A stretch of DNA of 64,000 nucleotides, taken from assembly GCA_964511965.1 (NCBI GenBank), contig CAZEGF010000006.1, positions 18,015-82,014 on the forward strand, written 5' to 3'. The translations under genes were made by a program, and so were the position numbers. Every line of letters begins with the position of its first letter. Positions within the stretch are counted from its first letter, which is position 1. The notes beneath the pieces are model-generated. The model ran no database searches and was not told the origin of the DNA. It saw only the letters and a list, made by a program, of their open reading frames with translations. The stretch comes from an uncultured Gammaproteobacteria bacterium. GTDB taxonomy: Bacteria; Patescibacteriota; Microgenomatia; Levybacterales; GWA1-39-11. Positions 55,308 through 64,000 of this stretch are shown piece by piece.

Positions 55308-56039
55308 ATGCATAGATACTCATACGGAACAAATAACCTCTTCTCTCGCAAGAATACAAAAAAAATTCTTGGAATTTTTAGTATTAGTCTTGGTGTTATT
55401 ACACTTCTATATTTTTTCTTTCCTCTTCTTTCTTACCAACTGTATTTGTCATCAGCATTTGCTCAAAGTGACATAACAGCCCCTTTGCCTCAACGTTTTG
55501 TTCTCGGTACTGGAGGGTCGATTGGTGGACTTTTTACATCAGGAATTTCTAATGTAACTTCTGACTATAAAGATGCGAGAAATTGGTTTCCTCAAATTAA
55601 AAAACAAAGTACGAGCAGTCAAAAAGTTACAGAATATGAATTTTCGATTCCTTCACAGAGGATTTCGCACATGAAAGTGTCAACCGTAGACTTTGATCTT
55701 TCAAAACATTTAGTTCAGTACTTCTCAACTTCTAAAAGCCCCATTGATCATGGAACATCTGTTATTTTTGGCCATTCAACTCTACCTCAATGGTTTGATC
55801 CCACAAACTACATGACCATTTTTGCCCATATGCATCTGATTAAAAATGATGATGATGTGGTTCTGACTTTAAATGGTAAAGACTATCATTACAAAGTATT
55901 TTCTATTTCTGTAGTAGATTCAAAAGATCCAAATATTTTCGCTCAAAGTTATGATAATAGTTACATTACAATTATTACTTGTACACCACCCGGCACTACT
56001 TGGAAAAGGTTGGTAGTTAGAGCAGCGCTACAGAATTAG
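55308..56039 (+). CDS. sortase family transpeptidase
   Basis: TM anchor, His in VIFGHSTLP, and catalytic ITIITCTPPG. Confidence 0.75.
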   Translation: MHRYSYGTNNLFSRKNTKKILGIFSISLGVITLLYFFFPLLSYQLYLSSAFAQSDITAPLPQRFVLGTGGSIGGLFTSGISNVTSDYKDARNWFPQIKKQSTSSQKVTEYEFSIPSQRISHMKVSTVDFDLSKHLVQYFSTSKSPIDHGTSVIFGHSTLPQWFDPTNYMTIFAHMHLIKNDDDVVLTLNGKDYHYKVFSISVVDSKDPNIFAQSYDNSYITIITCTPPGTTWKRLVVRAALQN

Positions 56040-56075
56040 GGTTTGGCATTTAGTTGATAGCGTTTAGTAAAAAAT

Positions 56076-56291
56076 ATGGATGGACAAGAAACTATTCAAC
56101 AACAAACTCAGGAGGAAGTACAGTTAGCGCGGTCGTATAGACTTCAAGTTTGGAAAGATGCGATATACCGGTTTTTTTACAATATCTGGCCGTCAGTGTA
56201 TCAGTTTTTAACAGGATTTTTTTATCTTATGTTTAGAATTATCCGTGGGTTTTTTAGATCCGCAATGGAATCTTTGAAAGGAGGAGGGTAA
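56076..56291 (+). CDS. hypothetical small hydrophobic protein
   Basis: 71 aa with an aromatic-rich helix. Its stop lies 2 nt before the next gene, which has a strong SD. Confidence 0.25.
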   Translation: MDGQETIQQQTQEEVQLARSYRLQVWKDAIYRFFYNIWPSVYQFLTGFFYLMFRIIRGFFRSAMESLKGGG

Positions 56292-56293
56292 GT

Positions 56294-57565
56294 ATGGTTG
56301 CAAATGACGAAGCTTTAAAAGCGATACAAAAGAAATTGGTTGGTAAAACTCTTAACTATAAAGAGATTTATTCCATCATGGATGAAATTTCGCATGATAG
56401 ACTTGGAGATGTTTTAACTACTTATTTTGCCGCTTCCGGATATTCAAAAGGATTTACGTATGATGAGATTTATTTCTTAACAAAGGCTATGGTTGAAACC
56501 GGGGAGAAACTTCATTTCGAAGGGATTGTTGCAGACAAACATTCAATTGGGGGTCTTCCGGGAACAAGAGCCACTATGATTATCGTTCCAATTATTGCCT
56601 CAGCCGGCTTTAAAATTCCAAAAAGTTCGTCCCGTGCAATTACAACTCCTGCTGGGACCGCTGATTCAATGGAGTGTTTAGCAAATGTCACATTTGATGA
56701 AAAACAAATATATGAAATTGTAAAAAAGACAAATGCCTGTATTGTGTGGGGAGGAAGTTTTAAGATTGCCCCGGCTGATGACGAGATCATTCATGTTGAA
56801 GAACCTTTAGCACTTGAAAGTTTTGACAAAATTTTAGTGTCTGTAATGGCTAAAAAAATTGCTTTTGGTTCAAATCATGTTGTAATAGATATACCTTATG
56901 GTCCGACTATGAAAGTGCATCACAAAGAAGATGCAGAACTACTCGCTAAAAAATTCAAATATATAGCCAAAAGATTTGATATTAAACTTGAAACACTTAT
57001 CGCACATTCTCACCAGCCTGCAGGAAATGGTATTGGTCCACTTCTAGAAGCAAAAGATGCCTTGAAAGTTTTGGAGCAAACCGATGATAGACCATTGGCT
57101 CTTGAGAATAAGTCGGTTGAGCTTGCCGCCAAGCTACTTGAGTTATGTCTTGAGGATGCCGATAGTGATATAAAAAATGTTGCTGCGAAATACGAAACAA
57201 CACATGCCTGGGCGCACGACATTTTAGTAAGCGGAAAAGCTCACTCAAAAATGATCGAGATAATAGATGCTCAAAATGGTGACCCAAGTGTACTATCAAC
57301 CAAACTTCATGCAGGTCCTAAAACTAAAGAAGTAAAGACAGATAAGTCAGGTGTTATTAGAAGCATTAATAACAATAACGTTTCAATCGTAGCAAAAGTG
57401 CTTGGAGCCCCTCAAGATCATAGAGCTGGTCTATTTTTGAGAAAGAGGGTTGATGATAAAATTACTAACGGTGAAGTTATATTTGATATGTATTCAGAAA
57501 CAGATCACAGATTAGCCGAAGCCCACGATTCTCTACAGATGTTCCCACTTTATAAAATAGAGTAA
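56294..57565 (+). CDS. thymidine/pyrimidine-nucleoside phosphorylase family (AMP-phosphorylase-like)
   Basis: Glycosyltransferase family 3 signature DKHSIGGLPGTR and a TTPAGTADS motif. SD AAAGGAGGAGGG. Confidence 0.85.
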   Translation: MVANDEALKAIQKKLVGKTLNYKEIYSIMDEISHDRLGDVLTTYFAASGYSKGFTYDEIYFLTKAMVETGEKLHFEGIVADKHSIGGLPGTRATMIIVPIIASAGFKIPKSSSRAITTPAGTADSMECLANVTFDEKQIYEIVKKTNACIVWGGSFKIAPADDEIIHVEEPLALESFDKILVSVMAKKIAFGSNHVVIDIPYGPTMKVHHKEDAELLAKKFKYIAKRFDIKLETLIAHSHQPAGNGIGPLLEAKDALKVLEQTDDRPLALENKSVELAAKLLELCLEDADSDIKNVAAKYETTHAWAHDILVSGKAHSKMIEIIDAQNGDPSVLSTKLHAGPKTKEVKTDKSGVIRSINNNNVSIVAKVLGAPQDHRAGLFLRKRVDDKITNGEVIFDMYSETDHRLAEAHDSLQMFPLYKIE

Positions 57566-57587
57566 GCAAATATATAAGCCTGTAGTA

Positions 57588-57616
57588 TTGACTTTCCCCT
57601 CAAATTAGTGTATAAT
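57588..57616 (+). promoter_or_regulatory. near-consensus sigma70 promoter TTGACT-N17-TATAAT
   Basis: gtaTTGACTttcccctcaaattagtgTATAATgcaaccc, about 60 nt upstream of the GC-rich DUF262-like gene. Confidence 0.55.
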
Positions 57617-57677
57617 GCAACCCGCATCTCGTCAGAAATGATGAGGTAGCTCATTGACATGGCTAGGCTTACTTTGA

Positions 57678-58787
57678 GTGCCAGCCAAGGAGATCCCGGT
57701 GTCCGTTCGTCTTACCCACTTCGCCCTGGACGAGTTCGAATGCGCAACTGTGTTGCGTGGCGTACTCGATCCTGACACTCTGGAGGACATCCTAGTGGAT
57801 GTTTACCAGAGGGAAGTCCTCCACCAGGAGGGAAAGAAGCACAGCCTCATCGAGGCTTTGCGCAACGGCGCCCGCGTTCCCGATGTTGAAATCGGCATGC
57901 GCGGAGACAACTTCTCCATCGAGGGAGAAGGAGAGGGCTTCATCGTCCTCAACGACCCGGCCTACATCGTCGACGGCCTGCAGCGCATCAGCTCCGGTAT
58001 CGCTGTGATGAGAGAGGGCATTCGCCCTCACATCGGAGCGACTATCCACTTCAACACAGATAAGGTGTGGGAGAAGGATCGGTTCAAGACGCTGAATCAG
58101 GACCGCGTTCGTGTCAGCACGAACATCTTGCTCCGCAACTTGGGAGAGGAGAACGCCGCAATAGCGGTTTTGCTCCAACTCACCAGGTCGGATAAGGCGT
58201 TCGCCATGAACGGTCGTGTTTGCTGGAATCAGCAGATGGCTCGCAGCGAGCTCATCACCGCCCTCACCTTTGCGAAGGTGATTGGGAGGCTTCACATGCA
58301 CGTGGGTCCGACCGGCAACAGCCAGGTCGACCTGCTCGCTGATGGTCTCCAGACGGTAATGAATGCCGTTGGCAAGCAGGTTTTCAAGGACAACATCAAG
58401 ACGTTCTTCGACGTCATCGACAGGATGTACGGTGTCAAGCGCGTAACCTTTACGCGTGGGGCGGTGTACATGAGGGGGTCCTTCCTCCTTGCCTTGGCGA
58501 AGTTGTTCTCGAACCACTTGGAGTTCTGGAAGGACGAGAAGCGCTTCTTCGTTGAGGCGCCACTCGTACGGAAGTTGTCCACCTTCCCCATCGGAGATCC
58601 TCATGTCATCTCCCTTGCCTCCTCCGGAGGCAAGGCGATCGACCTGTTGTACCTCCTGATGGTGGAACACGTGAACAGCGGCAAGCGCACGAAGCGTCTG
58701 ACAGCACGTAACTACGTGCCGTTGTCCTCGGAAGTGGACGATGATGCTGATGACGGCGACAACAATCCAGAAGAGCCGGCTGCCTAG
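57678..58787 (+). CDS. DUF262 / ParB-like nuclease-fold protein with a DGxQR motif (GmrSD N-domain / DndB-like relative); GC-rich, likely acquired
   Basis: DVYQREV...HSLIEALRNGARVPDVEI...AYIVDGLQRISSG matches the DUF262 pattern (QR..W...LidSi..g.piP.i...iDGQQR). Clearly higher GC than the flanks. GTG start. Confidence 0.55.
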   Translation: MPAKEIPVSVRLTHFALDEFECATVLRGVLDPDTLEDILVDVYQREVLHQEGKKHSLIEALRNGARVPDVEIGMRGDNFSIEGEGEGFIVLNDPAYIVDGLQRISSGIAVMREGIRPHIGATIHFNTDKVWEKDRFKTLNQDRVRVSTNILLRNLGEENAAIAVLLQLTRSDKAFAMNGRVCWNQQMARSELITALTFAKVIGRLHMHVGPTGNSQVDLLADGLQTVMNAVGKQVFKDNIKTFFDVIDRMYGVKRVTFTRGAVYMRGSFLLALAKLFSNHLEFWKDEKRFFVEAPLVRKLSTFPIGDPHVISLASSGGKAIDLLYLLMVEHVNSGKRTKRLTARNYVPLSSEVDDDADDGDNNPEEPAA

Positions 58788-58871
58788 TCACTTAGTAGGT
58801 TTGTGAGTATAACCTGATGAACCAGTGTATCTGAATAAGACGCGCTGGGGGGTCGTAAACTCTCACCAATG

Positions 58872-58913
58872 GCCCCGCCTGCGCGAAAGCAAAGGCGGGG
58901 CTTTCTCGTTTTG
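58872..58913 (+). terminator. rho-independent terminator GCCCCGCCT-(12 nt)-AGGCGGGGC then TTTCTCGTTTT
   Basis: 9-bp GC-rich stem and a T-rich tail, 85 nt after the stop of the DUF262-like gene. Confidence 0.7.
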
Positions 58914-58948
58914 AACCCAAAATACCTTGTGGTAAAATAGGAAACGTA

Positions 58949-59902
58949 ATGCGAAAGTTCTCCATATTAATCATCCTTGCCGCTGTCATTTTCGTCTTTG
59001 TCTCACTTTGGTGGAATAACGGTTTATCTGCAGTAGATAGCCACGATAAATCTCAAAAATTCTTTGTTATTCCAAAAGGAACGGCTATAAGAACGGTCGG
59101 AAACGAGCTAAAATCCCAAAAGTTAATAAAAGATCCAGTTGTCTTCTTTATATATATTAAGCTTAATAATTTAGATCACGATATACAGGCTGGGTCATAC
59201 CGTTTGTCTTCATCGATGAGCCTGCCTCAAATTATGGAAACACTTGGGCATGGTACTGTTGACATATGGGTTACAATTCCAGAGGGGCTTCGCTCTGAAG
59301 AAATTGCGGCAATTCTTAAAGAAAGCATTCCAACTTATAAGCCTGAATGGATTGAACGTTTGTCTTCTGAGGAGGGATATCTTTTCCCTGACACATATCT
59401 GATACCACGTGATGCAACAATTGACTCAATAATTACCCTTCTTGAGAACAATTTCTACAAGAAAGTCATGACAGTTGGATTGACAAAGGATTCTCCACAT
59501 CTTAATAAAATTGTGACTGAAGCATCACTTATCGAGCGTGAGGCTAAATTTGAAGAAGATAGGCCGTATGTTGCTTCAGTTCTTGAAAATAGACTTGCTA
59601 TCGGCATGGCTCTGCAAATAGATGCGACTGTGCAGTATGTTACCGGTTACAATCAAACGACCAAGAAGTGGTGGAATCAGCCTGCTCCTTATCAGTTAAA
59701 GGTTTCATCTCCATACAATACATATATAAATACCGGTTTACCGCCTGCTCCAATATGTAATCCAGGTCTTTCTGCAATACAAGCAGCAGTGAATCCAAAG
59801 GATACTAACTATATATATTATGTAAATGATTCAAAAGGCAAGCTTCATTTTGCAGAAAATTTATCCGATCACAATAAAAATATACAAAAGTATTTGAACT
59901 AA
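58949..59902 (+). CDS. mltG: endolytic murein transglycosylase MltG (YceG-like)
   Basis: N-terminal TM plus YceG domain motifs (IPEGL..EI, GLPPAPICNPG). Confidence 0.85.
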   Translation: MRKFSILIILAAVIFVFVSLWWNNGLSAVDSHDKSQKFFVIPKGTAIRTVGNELKSQKLIKDPVVFFIYIKLNNLDHDIQAGSYRLSSSMSLPQIMETLGHGTVDIWVTIPEGLRSEEIAAILKESIPTYKPEWIERLSSEEGYLFPDTYLIPRDATIDSIITLLENNFYKKVMTVGLTKDSPHLNKIVTEASLIEREAKFEEDRPYVASVLENRLAIGMALQIDATVQYVTGYNQTTKKWWNQPAPYQLKVSSPYNTYINTGLPPAPICNPGLSAIQAAVNPKDTNYIYYVNDSKGKLHFAENLSDHNKNIQKYLN

Positions 59903-60143
59903 CCTCACCCTTTCAAATTGAGGTTCAGATAAGCATTGTTTAAAATCGTTTTTAAATAACAAAATTGTTGAGATTGTACGAAGAAAGAGTGAGGTAATTT
60001 TGAGCTCAATTTTTGTCAATTATAAAATAGGGTATTGACAATAATTATCAAATGCTGTATATGTAAACAACATGTAAAAAAAGATGGGTACATGTGTGCT
60101 CATCGTTTTTTTTCGTGATTGGAACAACTTCTTTATATTTCCG

Positions 60144-63100
60144 ATGCTAAAACAAAACAAATTGCGACAATATTGGGGAAAGCAAGTGGAAAAGCTCCCC
60201 GAAATGGATCTTTTGGGAATCCAGAAAGAATCTTATAAATGGTTTCTTGCTGAAGGAATTGCTGAGGTAATAGAAGAAATATCCCCTATAGAAGATTTTA
60301 CCGGTAAAAACTGGGAACTATCCCTTGGTGAATACCGTCTTGGAGAACCAAAAATTACAGAAGAGTTGGCAATGAAAAAAGGGCTAACTTATTTCTGTCC
60401 TTTGACTGTTGAAGCAACACTTCTCAATAAAAAAACCGGGAAAAAGGTAACTCAAGAAGTTTTCTTGGGTGAAGTTCCAAAAATGACTGAACGGGCAACT
60501 TTTATCGTTAACGGAATTGAAAGAGTAATTGTTAATCAAATCGTTAGATCTCCAGGAGTCTTTTTTACAGGAGCAGAAGACCCAATTACCGGAAAAACTC
60601 TCTATACTGCGGAACTACGACCGGTTCACGGATCTTGGCTTGAGATTTCAACAACAAGAACAGATATGATCGTAGTGAGAATAGACAGAAGAAAGAAATT
60701 CCTCGGAACTGTTTTTCTTAAAGCATTGGGAATTGAGACAAATGAAGAAATTTATGAAAAATTCAAAGATACTGAAGGTGCAGAAGATGTTATCAAGTTA
60801 ACGCTCTCAAAAGATGAAGCAAAAGGTTCAACAGATGCTCTTATTGAGATCTTCAAGAAATTAAATCCTGGCGAACCAGTCGTTATTGATACCATCAGAC
60901 AAAATTTCAGAGATACATTTTTTGACAGACGTCGCTATGACTTATCAAGAGTCGGCCGCTACAAAATAAATAAAAAACTTAATGGACTAAACGCAGGTGT
61001 TGATGGAGATGTAGCAACTTTGGCTGTCGAAGATATTATAGGAATTATTAAATATCTTATTGGTCTTACTCAGGGTAAGGGTAAAGTTGATGATATTGAC
61101 CACTTAGCCAACAGACGCGTGAGAAGTGTTGGAGAACTTGTACAAACAACCGCATTTAGAGTTGGTGCATTACGACTCGAGCGCATCATCAAAGAAAAAA
61201 TGTCTTTAACTTCAACTGAGGAGGTTTACTCTCCATCTCATTTCATAAACGCCCATCCAATTATTGCTGCAATCAATGAATTTTTCAGAACTTCTCAATT
61301 ATCTGCAATTCTGGACCAAACTAATCCATTAGCTGAAATTGACAATCTTCGCCGTTTGACTGTTATGGGAACAGGTGGTATTTCAAGAGAAAGAGCTTCA
61401 TTCTCGATCCGTGATATTAATGCGTCACAATATTCAAAAATTTGTCCTGTTAGAAGTCCTGAAGGTCCAAATATCGGTCTTGTGACTTATCTTGCGTTAT
61501 ACGCCAGAGTAAATGAGTTCGGATTTTTAGAAGCTCCTTATAGAAAAGTAGAACACGTTAAGAAAGGAAGTAAAACTGTTGCTAGGGTTACAAGCGAACT
61601 TGTGTACCTTGATGCAGATGTTGAATCCGATCAATACATAACTCATGCAGATATAAAAGTTGATGACTCAGGATTTATTGTTGACGAATTGGTTCCTGCT
61701 AGATATCGAGGAGAATATCTTGAAGTAGAGCAAAGTAAAATCAAATATATTGATGTTATTCCACGACAAGTGGTTGGAACCAGCGCATCTCTTATCCCAT
61801 TTGTTGATCACGATGAAGCGAACCGTGCTCTGATGGGTACACACATGCAGTGTCAAGCAGTACCTCTTATTAAGACTGAGTCTCCTGTTGTTGGTACCGG
61901 TATGGAAGCAACCGTTGCTGAAGCTATGGGTAGAGTTGTCAAGGCACCATTTGACGGTGAAGTAACATTTGTTGACGCAAATAAAGTTGTTATTTCAGGT
62001 AAGGGTGGAAAAATGGAATACGACATCGAGAAATTTAAGAGAACTGCACAAAATACGTATTTTTCAGAAAAACCGGTTGTATTTATGGGACAGAAAGTTA
62101 AAAAGGGAGACGTTCTTATCGATGGTCCAGCTACTGACAATGGTGAATTAGCACTAGGAAAGAATCTTCTTATTGCATACGCATCATATGACGGACTTGG
62201 ATATGAAGACGCTATTGTTATATCTGACAGACTTGTTAAAGATGATGAACTATCTTCAGTTCATATTGAAAAATATGAAGCGACAGTTGTTGATACAAAA
62301 TTAGGACCTGAAGAAACAACCAGAGACATTCCAAATGTTGCAGAAGAGGATTTGGCAAATCTTGATGAAGAAGGAATTGTTGTTGTTGGATCTGAGGTTA
62401 ATCCTGGAGATATTTTGGTAGGAAAGATTGCTCCAAAAGGTGAAACAGAACTTACAGCCGAAGAAAGATTACTAAGAGCAATTTTTGGTGAAAAGGCACG
62501 TGAAGTAAGAGATACTTCTTTGAGAATGCCTCACGGAGAACACGGCATTGTCACATCGGTTCAAGTTTTGGATCGGGATAAAGGAGACGAATTAGAGCCT
62601 GGAACGATTAGAAAACTTCTTATTGAAGTAGCACAATTAAGACATGTTGTCGTTGGAGATAAACTCGCTGGACGTCACGGTAATAAAGGTGTTATTTCAA
62701 AAATCGTACCACAATCTGACATGCCGTATCTTGAGGATGGAACACCGGTTGATATTATGATATCCCCAATCTCAGTACTTGGACGTATGAATTTGGGTCA
62801 GCTCCTTGAAGCACATGCAGGCTGGGCAGCGAAGCGATTAGGTGATAAAATAGCAGTTCCTGTTTTTGAAAAGACAGAAGAAGATAGACTTTTTGATCTA
62901 TTAAAGCAAGCAGGTATTCCTGCTGATGCTAAGGTAAAATTATATGACGCAAGAACTGGGGATGCATACGAAAATAATGTAGTTGTTGGTATCGGATACA
63001 TCATGAAGCTTATCCACATGGTTGAGGATAAGACTCATGCAAGATCAACCGGACCATACTCTCTTGTTACACAACAACCATTGGGAGGAAAAGCTCAAAT

Positions 63101-63551
63101 GGGAGGACAAAGGTTAGGGGAGATGGAAGTTTGGGCTCTTGAATCACATCGAGCAGCCTACACATTACAGGAAATGTTGACAATAAAATCAGATGACGTT
63201 GCAGGTCGTGCAAAGGCATTTGAGGCTATTATTAAAGGGGTTGATATCCCAACTCCAAAAGTTCCTGAATCATTTAAGGTTTTGATCCGGGAGCTTCAAT
63301 CATTAGGTATGAATATTCAACCAACAGCTGCTGTTATTGCAACTGATGATGAAGAAGAAGAGACAGCTGAAGTTAGTGAGGAAATAAAGAAAGAATCAGA
63401 AGAATTACAGGAAGCATTAGAAGTTGAAGATGTCGAAACAACAATTGATGATCAAGTTTTGACACCTGAAGCGGAATTGATTGCAGATTCAGTAGAAGGA
63501 ACTGAACCAACTGCCGAAGACATTCCGGTAGAAGAAGGAGGAGATAACTAA
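60144..63551 (+). CDS. rpoB: DNA-directed RNA polymerase subunit beta
   Basis: Conserved rpoB blocks throughout (GEPVVIDTIRQNF, NMQRQAVPL-type HMQCQAVPL, GQRLGEMEVWALE) and an acidic C-terminal tail. The ORF-track start at 60084 is probably upstream read-through; MLKQNKLRQYW is preferred. Confidence 0.93.
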   Translation: MLKQNKLRQYWGKQVEKLPEMDLLGIQKESYKWFLAEGIAEVIEEISPIEDFTGKNWELSLGEYRLGEPKITEELAMKKGLTYFCPLTVEATLLNKKTGKKVTQEVFLGEVPKMTERATFIVNGIERVIVNQIVRSPGVFFTGAEDPITGKTLYTAELRPVHGSWLEISTTRTDMIVVRIDRRKKFLGTVFLKALGIETNEEIYEKFKDTEGAEDVIKLTLSKDEAKGSTDALIEIFKKLNPGEPVVIDTIRQNFRDTFFDRRRYDLSRVGRYKINKKLNGLNAGVDGDVATLAVEDIIGIIKYLIGLTQGKGKVDDIDHLANRRVRSVGELVQTTAFRVGALRLERIIKEKMSLTSTEEVYSPSHFINAHPIIAAINEFFRTSQLSAILDQTNPLAEIDNLRRLTVMGTGGISRERASFSIRDINASQYSKICPVRSPEGPNIGLVTYLALYARVNEFGFLEAPYRKVEHVKKGSKTVARVTSELVYLDADVESDQYITHADIKVDDSGFIVDELVPARYRGEYLEVEQSKIKYIDVIPRQVVGTSASLIPFVDHDEANRALMGTHMQCQAVPLIKTESPVVGTGMEATVAEAMGRVVKAPFDGEVTFVDANKVVISGKGGKMEYDIEKFKRTAQNTYFSEKPVVFMGQKVKKGDVLIDGPATDNGELALGKNLLIAYASYDGLGYEDAIVISDRLVKDDELSSVHIEKYEATVVDTKLGPEETTRDIPNVAEEDLANLDEEGIVVVGSEVNPGDILVGKIAPKGETELTAEERLLRAIFGEKAREVRDTSLRMPHGEHGIVTSVQVLDRDKGDELEPGTIRKLLIEVAQLRHVVVGDKLAGRHGNKGVISKIVPQSDMPYLEDGTPVDIMISPISVLGRMNLGQLLEAHAGWAAKRLGDKIAVPVFEKTEEDRLFDLLKQAGIPADAKVKLYDARTGDAYENNVVVGIGYIMKLIHMVEDKTHARSTGPYSLVTQQPLGGKAQMGGQRLGEMEVWALESHRAAYTLQEMLTIKSDDVAGRAKAFEAIIKGVDIPTPKVPESFKVLIRELQSLGMNIQPTAAVIATDDEEEETAEVSEEIKKESEELQEALEVEDVETTIDDQVLTPEAELIADSVEGTEPTAEDIPVEEGGDN

Positions 63552-63554
63552 ATT

Positions 63555-64000
63555 ATGGAACCACAAGACGGTAATCAACAATATAGAGACGGTGCATTTG
63601 CGCCAAAAGCAGTACAACGCAGAAATGACGTTATTAATATTTCTGATTTTGAAGGATTGAGAATCACTGTTGCATCCCCTGATGATATTAAAAATTGGTC
63701 ATACGGTGAAGTAACAAAGCCTGAAACTATCAACTACAGAACTTTCAGAGCTGAAAAAGACGGTCTTTTTGACGAAAGAATCTTTGGACCTACGCGAGAC
63801 TTTGAATGTTATTGCGGAAAATACAAAAGAATCAGATATAAGGGTATAGTTTGTGACAGATGCGGTGTTGAGGTTACATACTCAAGAGTTCGACGTGAGA
63901 GAATGGGTCATATTACGCTTGCTGCACCAGTTATTCACGTTTGGTTCTCAAAAGGATCTCCTTCAAAACTTTCAACTCTTCTTGGAACATCACAAAAAGA
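63555..64000 (+). CDS. rpoC: DNA-directed RNA polymerase subunit beta' (3'-truncated at the window edge)
   Basis: ATG at 63555 begins ...[20 protein letters not shown]...[23 protein letters not shown], the Zn-finger N-terminus of beta'. Runs off the window end. Confidence 0.9.
   Translation, partial: MEPQDGNQQYRDGAFAPKAVQRRNDVINISDFEGLRITVASPDDIKNWSYGEVTKPETINYRTFRAEKDGLFDERIFGPTRDFECYCGKYKRIRYKGIVCDRCGVEVTYSRVRRERMGHITLAAPVIHVWFSKGSPSKLSTLLGTSQK

Noticed and set aside
57792-58670. 292-aa minus-strand ORF antisense to the DUF262-like gene, and other ORFs at 57799-58008, 58292-58591 and 58606-58791
   Set aside because: GC-rich antisense artefacts with no start signals. The plus-strand frame carries the recognisable DUF262 motifs.
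60084-60143. ORF-track N-terminal extension of rpoB (MGTCVLIVFFRDWNNFFIFP)
   Set aside because: Not rpoB-like, and it contains a T-run. The conserved rpoB N-terminus starts at MLKQNKLRQYWGK (60144).

Overview
This is an AT-rich window of small, compact genes, probably from a reduced-genome bacterium. The gene content resembles a CPR/Patescibacteria (Saccharibacteria-like) cell: sortases, a short IF-2, a short AlaRS, a Lon ATPase without a protease domain, and many hypothetical secreted proteins. All calls come from reading the ORF translations and the DNA by eye; nothing was computed, and the GC contrasts are estimates by eye.

Recognisable housekeeping genes:
- a partial D-2-hydroxyacid dehydrogenase at the 5' edge
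- polyprenyl synthase, tgt, and a MutY/EndoIII-like glycosylase
- the syntenic block nusA-infB-(DHH-like)-rpsO-pnp
- RNase J, FtsK, RodZ-like, nth, alaS, MltG, and rpoB followed by the start of rpoC
- an alpha-glucan phosphorylase, a thymidine/AMP phosphorylase, an OPRTase-like gene, a YvcK/CofD-like gene, an LMW-PTP/ArsC, and an Asp/Glu racemase

Accessory content:
1. Two adjacent minus-strand efflux operons: RND permease plus HlyD adaptor, and a MacA-MacB-like ABC system.
2. A cluster at 17.5-25.7 kb of four paralogous secreted Asn/Thr/Gly-rich proteins built from about 90-130 aa repeats punctuated by CxC. One carries an LPVTG sorting signal and sits next to a sortase. A second sortase follows a large membrane protein with a degenerate FtsA/PilM-like N-domain.
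3. A GIY-YIG nuclease gene bracketed by inverted copies of a roughly 27-bp repeat. A third solo copy sits 10 kb away beside a GC-rich structured intergenic element.
4. Two GC-rich islands in the AT-rich background. Island 1 (about 23.4-24.9 kb) carries two paralogous 'MTSIK' small proteins, a small hydrophobic ORF and an HhH protein, all with GAGGAGG SD sites and GTG starts. Island 2 (about 57.6-58.9 kb) is a single DUF262/ParB-like 'DGxQR' gene with its own intrinsic terminator. Both look horizontally acquired, possibly from a high-GC host.
5. A family of AT-rich imperfect palindromic TGATG-rich elements lying directly after the stop codons of three or more genes.
6. Several intrinsic terminators and sigma70-like promoters, including promoter-hairpin-gene leader arrangements.

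No rRNA, tRNA or CRISPR was seen.
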